Source: Oikopleura dioica
Lineage: Eukaryota; Animalia; Chordata
Assembly: GCA_907165135.1 (NCBI GenBank)
Contig: OU015567.1
Coordinates: 8,432,001 to 8,496,000, forward strand
Reading direction: 5' to 3'
Length of the DNA: 64,000 nucleotides
Below are positions 14,176 to 26,000 of the stretch, in pieces (position 1 is the stretch's first letter; each line of letters starts with the position of its first letter). A model generated the notes under the pieces. That model was not told the origin of the DNA. It made no database searches and saw only the letters and a program-made list of their open reading frames with translations. The position numbers and the translations under genes were made by a program.

Positions 14176-15181
14176 CTCGATTTTCGGCAGTTACAGTATT
14201 TTTTCCGTGGAAACAATGGGCGAAAATAAGTCGGTCTGAAATCAACACAGCGGTATTATACCAAGAAACTAACGGTGTAAGTCTCAGGTTTCTGTGGTAT
14301 GTGACATTTTGTAAAAACGGTATTACGGAATGTTTGATCTGTATTTTATTGTAGACGTTAGTCTTTTGGCTTTTCCGTTGCCTCAACCGCAAGTTTGTCT
14401 TTCAAGTTCTTGAGCTACTGTTACTGTACTTTCTTTGTTGAAGTCTTTTAGTTTGATAAAGACTTGAGAAAATTGCGTGTTCCTGAAATTTTGGTACGAT
14501 TAAGTGGCGCACTCGATTGTGAAAACGCTTCTTTGATGACAGCTCATAATCATAAAATAGAAAGGCGTCAAATCATCTCTTCATCCCCTTTTTGGGGCTA
14601 TTTAAATTGCACTCCCGGAAACTGCGTAATAATTACTTCTTTTAGGCGTGAGAAAAAAGGGAATGAAAAGAGGACAAGTTCATTGGACGCGAAATTCTAG
14701 CGCTGGATTCACGAAACTCAAATATATAAAAACCGATGCCGTGTTAATTTACCAAACAGTCGCGTTGCAGCAGACCAGGGAATGACCGCAAGATGCTGAT
14801 GCCACTTTTAGATTCACGTTTTCAATGGTCGAAAACACGATTCCGATGGTTAGCCGCAAAAATATGAGCTCAGGGTGGAGAGACAGCGGATTCCAAAAGC
14901 TTTGATGGAGCGATAAAGAAATTCCCAATAAGTTCGAATTATGTTCCTGGTTCCCGATTCCGTAAAAATGCGGCTCTGGAAAAAATCTCTCGAGAGTCGT
15001 GTTTTACAAACCAGTGATAAGGAAAGATGATTTTCCACGTTATCCTTTTGCTTTATACGTTCGTATACTAACTGATAAGAGGTGATAAGGGGCGCTGATT
15101 CTCGAGGAAAGACCCGTATGAACTTTTTTCATGAAAATAAATTTCTATTTTAATAAAGCGACAAAAGAACATGTTTTCTTC

Positions 15182-17235
15182 TCAAGCAGACATATCAATC
15201 TCATCTTCTTCGTCTTCGATAGAATTGTCTGGTTTCAAGCAGCGCATGATAATGAAAATAATCAAGACCTGTTTTTTGGTTCTACTGTTTGTCTATTTTG
15301 AAGCTTGGGGGAAGCTTGTAGAACCCGTTCCAAAAAGAACAATCCGCCCAAAACACCACCAACAATAATCCCGACGTTGACATCTTCAGATTCTTTCGTC
15401 GTCGTCGTGGTCGTAGTTGTGGTTGAACTTGAAGAACCATTATCTGGATTATTCGGATCTGTGCCCGGATTGGATGGGTCTTTCGTTGATGTGCTCTTTG
15501 TGGTCGATTCTGATTTAGAGTTCCTTCTTTTAATTATTTCCTTTCTGTCTATTTGTCAATCAAGATCAATTCTTTGAGCAAAACGCACTTCCCCAAAGCT
15601 TAGCTATCAATGTGTACAACAGTGCGATAACGTTTCCGGTGATTGCGCAGACTAATTAAATTTACATTTTGAACTCATTCCTGTAGGTCCATCAGTTCCT
15701 TCCGGGTTGTCAGTTACTCCTGGACCTTGGGTACTGGAGCTTTCAGTAGGGGGACCAGTGTATTTTGTCGATGTTGTCGTTGTTGTTTTGGTGGATGTTG
15801 TTGTAGTAGTAGTCGTTGTCGGGAAAATAATAAGGCAATCATCGTCCAACATTTTCCAGTCTGGGTCGGAAACGCAAACAAACCCATGGCTAGTTCCAAG
15901 TTGTCCGTTTTGATCACTACTGCAAGCAGTTGTTTCCCAGTTTTTAACGCCTTCGGTATCTGGATAATGAATTCTCATGACAGCACAATGCTCTGTGCGC
16001 GAATTCGCATCTGGTGGCTGAAAAAGATAAGGTGGCATCGTTTGATTTAACGAAGTTGTAAATTACTGTTTTCCAAAAAGAAACACCATCATTATCAGAA
16101 GCATCATCAATTGGACAATATCCTTCCACATAATCATCATAATTGCCTGAAACGAAAATTCGAAGTGAGAATCTCATTACCGTGTTTAAAAGTGTTTAGC
16201 GGTTGCTACGTAGACCAACAAGTGTTTATAAAAGCACGAGCGGACTATTTGCCATCCCATGCTTTTCAGATACTCGAGGGAGCTGTTTGCGGCGGTGTCA
16301 AAAATGCGGTAGATGATTTAGATCGTCTTGATCTAAAATGACCAGGCTTACGTACTTGGAAGCTCGAACCATGATTTCCACTGAAAGTCTTTTGTTTTTT
16401 GATCTCTTTTGAGGCCTCACGAACTCTTCTGTCGTCTTATATTTTGAGAAAAAGTCGCCCTTTCCTTTCCATGCTCAGCCAAAAGTTACTGTGCATAGCT
16501 GCTCCGGTGCCCGTTTCGTTAATCATCTCCTCCAATTTCTCAGTCACGTCTTCCTGGTGATCCCTACTGTGAATAACTAACGACTTAAAATCGAGTTCAA
16601 ATCAATTAGACACAGCAAAATGACCACCCGTTTAATTCCCTCATATAAACATAAGAAATCCTTTATCATTATTGAAGCTTAAAACAAAAATAAATACCAA
16701 ACCCTTCCGTAATGATCGACAAAATATGAGAACTCGTTCCTGAAGCCCATGAGATTGGCAAAAGTTAAAAGTATCATTGAAACTTTTGTGCGCCGAGGAA
16801 TTTTCAGAAGGGAGGAAACCATAGTGAGTTATTGTCCTGCCTGAACAATAAATAAATAATTATTATCGGTACTTCCGTGTTAACCTTTGATTTCGAACTC
16901 CCACTGACTTTGGCATGTTTCGACTTTTCCATCTTGTCTCAAATTATCCGTCGGAAGAAAACAAGCTGGCTCGCATGTTACGACCGCTGTCTTAGTGCTC
17001 AATTATATAATTAAAAATAATCATTTACATTTATCAAACAGCGTTCAAAATATTGATACTCTTTCGAATCGAGAAATGATTGGTTTTACTCATATTTTGA
17101 ACTTGCTCGAGATCATCTGAGAATTCAATAAAGCTCACTAAAGAGCCATAATCCCTCTTGGTCAACAAAACACGAGCCTATTTTGATTCTAGCACTAATT
17201 CCTGTAGAAGCGACGAGCGCGAGGAGCTTTTTCAT
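15182..17235 (-). CDS. Type I membrane protein with C-type lectin-like domain(s), Thr-rich stalk, TM segment and short acidic tail
   Basis: Signal MKKLLALVASTGISA; EHCAVM...WETTAC...HGFVC lectin-type motif; poly-Thr stalk; TM IIVGGVLGGLFFL|VLIIFIIMRC split by intron 15269-15330; ends EDEEDEIDMSA*. Confidence 0.75.
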
Positions 17236-20011
17236 CAAGAACGCGACCGGATGCTCGTTTCTCTGAGTTTCTTCCTTTAACAAGTTGAGACATTGTGCAT
17301 TTCTATCGCGACAGTAGTACTTTTATTTGCAATCTGTCAAGAAGGCCAAACAACGAATTTCAGATCGTTTTTATCGAAAAGCTGCTTTTCAAAGCTTTGA
17401 AATGAAACTGGTTGAAGTTTCTGATGTTTTTATCGATTTCTGATGATAGTTTTGATATTTTATATTTGATTGACCAATCGTAATATTGCGCCAACATTGT
17501 TAATCGTTGGAAAATAGAAGTAATTAACGAGTTGTATGTTGGAAAATGCTGACGAGCTTTCAAGTTGGAACCATAAACTTGGAAAAGGTCCTCGAGTTAA
17601 TAATTATTGATCCTAACGGTACTACGACCGGTAGAATGAAGAAAACTAGTTTTAATAAAATGTCAATAAATTATAACTCACTCCATTTTTTTCAGAATTA
17701 CGTATTTTAGAATATCTGTTTTGATGTCAAATAAAGCGGGCAATAACTAGGCCATTCTTACTTTAGACTCTAAAGTTTAGAGATTCTTAAATGAAAGTAA
17801 AATGAGTTTTTATGTTGCGCAAACTAAATTAGGGTCTGAATTTTTCGGGTGACCTTTCGGGTTGATTTGCTTGTCCAAGAGCATTCTTGAAACTAGGTCG
17901 GTTATGGAGAAAAAGCGAGAAAAACGTAAGACTCTTTAGAAATATTCAAGAGGGTCCTTTTTAATAAGAGCCTGAACATCCCTTCTGTCTAACTTTTCAT
18001 CGTTGTTAGAATTAGTTTTTCATAATAATTTATTACATTGGCTTTTAAAAGAGTCCAGTTTTGGGACAGATGTTCTAGTAGTTGGGCCACTACGTTCTGA
18101 GCCAATTTCCAAGCACAGAAATATTTTCATAAAACAACTCACTACAGTTTAATTTCAAGCATTTTTCAGCTACCAAGATTGAAAATAATGAATTTATTGC
18201 ATCGTTAAACTGTAATCTTTTGATCTCAATCTTGACGTTGAACTTCGAAGTTGTGTTTGCTTTCCTACCATTTTTCTGTTCTTCAACTCTGAGAATATTC
18301 ACAAAGACACAAGCAAGTGCTGTCAAAAAGAAGAATCAACATAAATGCTTCGCAAATTGAATTTCAGGGGTTAGTTTGGTTCTTTCTTTTCTTGCTTGTT
18401 TTGGGTTGAAATAAGTTTAACTTATTTGATTAGTATTTACAAGGAAAAAGAAACCTGGAATCGCTTCTGCCACGTCTGCACACTTGAACAAAGACTTCTT
18501 AGTTCTTCCAATCTTATTACTAATAAGTTATTAGCATCAATGCCATTTCCTAGAGAAGAACTTTAGGAAAGATAAATTAGCTTATGCTCAGTCTAATCGC
18601 CAGAAAAAGTGACGTGAGTTCTGTCAGAAGCTAACAGTAGTTTCGATAAAGACAACAACTGCGCAAATAAAATTATCGGAATATCTGAAACTTCGAATTT
18701 CACGAATAAGATGCGTGAAAAAAGAAAAAGTGATTGATGACTTTCTTCGGAGAGGAAACGACTTTTTGGGCGAAGAAATTGGACTCTGTTTAGCGTCAGT
18801 GATCCAGAGATTTAGTGGAACAGATCATCGCATGGCCACCTCGGCGGGGGTTTATCGATTTACGTTATCACATATGCGTCGTGTCCTTCAGACCTGCCAA
18901 ATGTTTTCTCCTGATGCACTTACTGTTTTTTTCTCAAAGCTTTTATTGAAAACCCCATTTTCAAATTTTCATACCAAAAAAATGGCCAAAAAAGGCAACG
19001 GGTTAAAATATTTTTAGCCCAAAATATCACGTGATATGAAAACTGTGTCAGAATCATTTTGTATATTGACCCTTTTTTTGGCGATCCTCGTGATGAAAAT
19101 CACTTGAGCCGATAAAATGATAAATGCATCTCGAGGAGGGGTTAACACATGTCAGCCTGAGAAACAAGCCTGAAGTTCATTTATTTCAATCGTCAGAAGT
19201 TTCGAGCGCTTTCTGACGAACACCCGTCTCTGCTTGTGATTTATCGACCCATCCTTCTGCGACAAATCAAATTTATTCAATAATACTGTGCTTTACTACT
19301 GTAGCTTTTTCGACTTGAGCTTCAGTAAGAAATTGGTCGACTCGATCTTTTAGAACCCTGACTCAGGTTTTCTACACATGCTGCCGAACCGAGTTTATAG
19401 ACGATTTTTTTGCGTTTTTTGGCAATTTTGAGCCGAAACGCAAATTCGCGCAAAATAATTTTTTGACAGTGGTAAGCTCGTTCACATCCTGGTAGTGTTG
19501 TCAGCTGTCAGCGGCAGGGCTCTGGGAGCGGAGGTGCTCCCATCTGACCCAAGTGATTTTTGGATGATCGATCTGCTCTCCTGGAAATCTCGAATAGGTG
19601 TACCATAAGTTTATACACTCGTCGAGGATTTTTACTGCCGCCGCCCGGCAACACTAAAAGTCCGGGGATTAAGCTCTCGGAATCGCTCTTCTTCCAGTTT
19701 TTCATTCAAGAGAACGGCTCGGGTGAGCGAGAATCTATGTTTGTATTGTTTTTTTTCCCTGTTACTCCCTGTTCTCGAGTAGTAGCGCGCTAACTGTAAT
19801 CTCTTCACACTTTTAATTGAACTGTTCGCAAGATTCTTCAATTGCCCTTTTAGGCCTTTTAAAAATTTCAACACGGGAGCGACAGTTTATCAAAAAAGAG
19901 GGACTCAAATGCAGACTTTTTAAAAGCAGAGAAAAAAAACGGAAAATAAGAAAGAGACTTTATTTCAAAGAAGAAAAAACTAAAAAAAGAAAACTTTCGA
20001 AAAAGGCTGAA

Positions 20012-23000
20012 ATGTTAATAGAATTCTTTTTGCTCTGGTCATCAGGAAAGGGAAAATCACGCAATGAAAAAAAAGATAACTTCTTTTTTGGATCCAATTA
20101 TCCTTCAAAAGTCAAATCCGCCAAAAGAAAACTATCCGCGGATTCCTTCACATCACCTGTGGTTCTTTTAGAAACGGTCGATCAAGGTACTTTTTTAAAA
20201 TCTTATAAAAAAATAGTTTCGATTGAATTGAATAAATTTTAAATTCTATCATTTTGGTCCTTTGAAACATGGCGGTTTCTAGGGCAAATCGAATATAAGC
20301 ATTTTTATTCGATCAATTATCAAGAAGATGCAGAAAGTGCCAGGAGAAATTGCCGCGCTGGAAGCTTTTCAAAGCGGAAGAAGTAAGTTTGAAAAGTGCC
20401 TAGTTAGGAGAATTAGACGAATTAATCAATTGTACTTCAAGTTGCGTCAATTACAGTGTAGCTTTAATTTGATTATCGAAGAATCTAGATTTTTTGGACT
20501 AAACCAATTTTTAGAGGTGAATTTCTGGATGACCAATAAGATTGCTGTATTAGGCCTACCGGCCAATCAAAACTATTTCCATAAAAATCTGTTCCAAAAA
20601 TTGGTTCTACCCGATTTTTTAGGTCAAATCCCTTTTTTTATGAAAAGCGCGAAAATTAAAATTCATGAGTTTTCGCGAAAAACATTATTTACTTGTGTTT
20701 TTCACGTAACTTTAATTTCCCCGCCTGAAATTCCAAACTGCTGAAATCAAAATTCCTCTGCCCCAACACCTAACTAAAAATAAAGACTTACATGCATTTC
20801 GTCAGGGTTTAAAAATAAACCCCGCCGTGTGTGAGTGAGTGAGGGCCGAACTTGACCTTTTGCGGAAATGGAATGGGGCGCGATAAATTGAGCATTTTTG
20901 TTGTTTAGGTTTTTGATTAAAAGTTCGTCAATCTGGGCTTGATGAATTCACGAATTTGAACTTTCATTGATTCTTCTTTCAGACCGCAGCGAGGAGCCAG
21001 GACGAGGAGGGCGATTAAACCGCAGAAAAATGACGTGAGGAATCGGGACCTAGATCTTTTCACTAGATGAATTTGGTAAAATTGTTGTTGACGGAAACGC
21101 TATCTAATGAGTAGGAAATGAAGCTAATTATTTGGTTTGGTCAGTTATTACGTTCATTGAAAACAATAAACAGAACACTAAAAGAATTTCCTTATGGTCT
21201 TTGAAAATCTAGTCCAAATCCCGAAATACAGTGTCACAACTCAAGGCCTGCATTTTTATCACAAGATCGATCTGAAGGAGCTTACATGCACTTGTAACGG
21301 TAAACACCCTGACGTGGCAGAAAGCCTCTTGACCATCTGGTTTCAATGTCTTTCCCAAAATATTTTCTTTACATCTCTAATCATCCAGTGAAGAAAAAAT
21401 GGCCCTTCTTCAAAAAAGAGTGTCACTTGATACTGGTCATGAAACTATCCAGCTAATACTGTTTTTATCAAAACTAGAACAGTTCTCCATTATTTTAGCA
21501 AAAAGAAAGGATCTACTTTTTCTAAGTAGCTGCAATCGATAGAAACAAGGCATTCTAGCAGCTTAGCATTTTAGATGGAGATAACTGTTAGCACTAGACA
21601 ATTATTTACGCAATATTGATTGTTGTTGACCTAAACGAAGCTTGATTACGATATAATCGTGTTGCTAAATTACGGAAGCATAACTTGCGAACACGTGATT
21701 GACCAAATTAACGATGATTAACGCTAATATTGAATAACAATAAAGCATGAACCTTTCCAAAAGTACCGTAATCTTGAGAAACCACGTTTTATCAACGATC
21801 AATTTTGTTATCGTCGAAAGTTGATGGCGCATAACTCAGAGTTGATGCTTATCTCTTTAATGGAGCACCGAGAGTTGAATTTACCGTTCATTTTCAAGGA
21901 GAAAGAGCGAGTCTAAAATTATTGCTTTAGAAGAAATTTCAAAACTTGAACGCAAGATCGACCGCTTAACGAAACTTGTGCGGCGACTCAAAGACAAGGT
22001 ACCTTGCATTTTCTTCAAGCTTTTCATTAAACGCCTCTTTTAGCCAAAGAATAATAAGCTTCAAAGTTCAAAAGAACCCTTGCAAATCCCGGAGATCGCG
22101 CCAGTCACAGAGAAGCCTCCTGTGGTAACGACTACAGAAGAAGTTAAAATAGTCAAATGTCCAAATGATTGCTCTGGAAATGGGAAATGCGATGAAAAAA
22201 CAGGACTGTGTTCTTGCGATGAAAGTTGGCTGGGAAAAGATTGTGCGGACAAAATCTGGTAATAATTTAAAATCGGCCTAAAATCAGAAAGAAGGACTTT
22301 TTCTTCTTAATTGAACTCTAAATAAGGCCATTATTATGTCAATTTTTAACGAGTTTTAGCAAATTAAAGCGTAAATATCGTCATGTTAAAAAATACATAA
22401 GTTATTAATTTTTATCAAAAATGATCTAATTTTTATAGAAAATTATATTCTTAGATATTCAGGATTTCTAAATCACACTTTTCTTTAGACATTCAACTTG
22501 CTTTATTTCATCTTGGAAACCAAAAGCAATTAGCATAATTGTCTAATTAAAGCTTCTAGCCCTAAAAACTGCAATAATCAAGGCGAATGCGTCGATGGCG
22601 CATGCAAATGTCACCAAAAAAGCGACGGGCGATTCTGGACTGGGCCCGCGTGCGAGACATTAGCGTGCTTTGACGACTGTAATGGGCGGGGAAGCTGCTT
22701 GAATGGAGTTTGCGACTGCGATTTGCCCTGGTTTGGCAAAGACTGTTCCGAAAGAAAGTGCTTGAAGCCTTGCCAAAATGGCTTTTGCGTCGATGGAACA
22801 TGCAAGTGCGCGAAAGGATTTACGGGAATCGACTGCTCGGAAAAGACCTGCCCGAATAATTGCTCCAAACACGGCACGTAAGTGACGCTCATAAACATAA
22901 CCGGACTAAACTTCCTCCGTTTTAGACATTTCTTTTCTCATAAACATGAAATCAATCGATATTTAGATGCAAAAATGGAGTATGCCAGTGTCGAAATATC

Positions 23001-26000
23001 TGGAAAGGGAAGGATTGCTCGATTAGGACTTGTGCTATTGGATCTTTAGCGAAAGGTGAGCCCGCAAAGTTGTGCTTTGGCCATGGCGAGTGCGACGAAA
23101 AAACTGGCACTTGCAATTGTTGGAATCAATTCACCGGCTTCAACTGCGCGAGAAAAAAGTGCATTCCGACTTGTACCGGTAAATAAAAATCACGGTGAAA
23201 GCAAAAACTGATTTTTTCTAAAAAAACAAGGAAATCGAATTTGCAATGGAAGGACGGGCCGGTGTCTTTGCCGACGGAATTGGCACGGAGAGGATTGCAA
23301 CGTGCCGCGATGCCCAAACAACTGCAACAATGGCAACGGAAGGTGTAATCCGAAGACGGGCACTTGCACCTGTAAACCAAACTGGACAGGAGACGACTGC
23401 AGCATTCCTGCTTGCAACAAGGAATGCCAACATGAGTGTAAGTGCGACGCAGGCTACTGTCTCAGCATTGGACCAATTTTCATAATTGATTATTATTATC
23501 GATAGCTAAGTACTACCGTATTAGAAATCGTAGGTCAAGTCGTGCCCCTCCCTTCGGATCAACAGTCGGAAGCAAACGACTACTGTTTCGACTTAAAACT
23601 GTCAACTCAATTACTACTTTCAGCGAAGAGTTTTGGTAAAACTTAACCTTCCCACCCCAAGTTTCGCTCATTTCAAAACAGCGGATTAGTCTGTTTATGA
23701 GCATGTTCTATTCAAAGCTCGGGTCATTTCCGATCCGGCTCCGGTGTAAAGTTTAATGGTGATGTCTAATTAAGCGCTGGATAAATAGCACTTAGCCGTA
23801 ATGGCTCTTCTAATTGGGCTTATCAGCGGCTCAGCGGGGAACGCGTGACTCGGCTCATTTATCAAAAAATAGTATTTACTCATCGTATTTTTTCCGGAGA
23901 GACGTTCGGATTTCAAATTATGATTTAGGGTACAGTTACTACGTGTCTTTTTGAATTTAAAACTCTTATGAAGGTGTTGACCGCAAAATAAGCGCGCCAA
24001 TCCCTGCAGGTTAACTTTGAGCTGATGATGTCTTCATTGACAGACGCGATGATTTTCCCTACGGCTTGATTAATTAGTAGCTCTCTGAAACGAGAGTACT
24101 GAAAATAAGGGGAACGCACGCTGATGTTTGACATAAAGAACGCGGATTTTAGAAACACGTGACCCCCCTTAGCGCATATCCGGACATTCTACCGAGATAT
24201 GAACATTCGAGCGTTTCCTGAAGGGGGCTAAATACAACCTTTTGCATAATAAATAGCGCGTCTTATAAATGATAAGTTATGGTAATGTCAGTCTGTAGAT
24301 CATAAACACCTCTTTCTACTATGACGCGCTTTTTTTAAGGTGGTGGAAGTTTTCTAGCCCACTTCCGCCATACCGACCCTGGAACACCATACCTTTTCTG
24401 AATCAGCAGAAAATTTCAAGAATTTTGACCCATTAAAATTCTAGAAATCTTCACTTCCGGTCGATTCTAGAGCCGGAAGTCATCGAAATTCGGGAGTATG
24501 GGCAACTTGTGGCCTATCAAATTGATTCTCAGAAGATTCTCTATCATCTAAGAGAAGAATCAATCCCATCCACGGCAGTGTTGGAAAAAACCCGCCCGCG
24601 AACCCCGCGGGGGCCACGGGCGGGGGCCACGGGCGCCCGCGCCCCCCGTACCCGCAAGAAATCTCGGATTTGGCCCCCGCGCCCGCCCGCGCCCGTAGAA
24701 AATTTTTCATCTGGCCCCCGCGCCCTCCCGCGCCCGTGCAATATTTTTTTCGCGCCCGCGGGCGCCCGGGGCTCACTATAAATTGAATTTTGCATATTTC
24801 TTCTCTTGGGATTTCACCGGTCTTTTCGACCACAAAGTTCTTTGAAAGGATAGATTTGGCAAAATCGGCATTGGAAGAAGTCATCAGAAAAACGAATTTC
24901 TTCCTTCTTCCCATTTCCAGAAGCCAGTTTTTGGTTTCTTTCGAACATGGTCGGATGAAATAATCGGGCTCTTTCTTGAGGCGAGGGAAGAAAGAGCCAC
25001 GATCGACTTGAAACGCGTATGGTTCGTAACTGTACTCGAACGAGTTGAAGATGTCATCTTTGATCGTTTAATTTGGTTTAATTGGGTTTGATCGCTTCCG
25101 TATGCAAAGCTGAACATGTAACAGCTGTTTAAGTAAAGGAAGCAGATAATTTGTAGATTTTTGGTACTGATGTTTATCACTTGAAGGTATTAAAACGCCC
25201 CACCGAGTAAAAATCAACAGCTGAATCACATGTTGCGCCCTCTTTTGCCCAAAAACTGCATATAATCACTTCTTGATTTTGATTTTCATAAAAAAAAAAT
25301 CATCTAAACAAATTTCAAAAAAAATGTCTGACTACGTTCCAATTTTCAAAATGCCCGCTGACAAAGAGCTTCGCTACTGTAAGCTTTGCTTTTGGGCGGG
25401 AACTCGAAAAAGCCACTTGAGACATCTGCGAACCGACCATTCTGAGCTTTTCCTCGACGGAAATCGGCCGCGATCTTCTGAGTTCTGCTCTGCTTCAGAA
25501 CCAACTGAAGAGCGAACTTACGACATTTCCATCGAGCATTTCATCATCAAAGAAGACAATCAAGGAGGAAAGCAGCTTTGGGCAAGAATCAAATGGAACC
25601 TGAACAACAACAAACGAACACGATTTCAACTCTCCTGGGCAAAAGGATACGTTTTCTTCGACAACGCCGATTTGGAAGAAACCATCAAGCGCACTCTTCA
25701 GAAACAATATACGAAATGCGGCGCCGAAAAAGCCAAGGAAATTTACGATAAAATGAAAACTGTCGCCACCACCCACGAGTTTTCGAATTGTGCTATCTGT
25801 TTCGAGAGAATCGACATCGACGACCTCTGCATCTTCCTGACCACTGCTGAAACGACCTGTAGCGATAAAGTCATCCATGGAATCCACAAAAACTGCCGAA
25901 ACACCGATATCGCTACTGACTTCGTCGAGTGCCCGCATTGCAGACAGAAAGGCTACTTCTATCCCTTCCTCAACCCTGGAACTGCCGACAACAAGCAAGT

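Noticed and set aside
17300-19900. Short ORFs upstream of tenascin
   Set aside because: AT-rich with no recognisable motifs or coherent exon chain; probably regulatory or UTR-intron sequence.
24480-24795. Gly/Ala/Arg/Pro-rich ORFs on both strands (also 29496-29840)
   Set aside because: Read-through of GC-rich subterminal transposon repeats, not proteins.
25495-25998. 167-aa antisense ORF over the RING cargo gene, and similar shadow ORFs over the PLA2-like, GLS-like and tenascin exons
   Set aside because: Expected antisense shadows of codon-biased coding sequence; no motifs.
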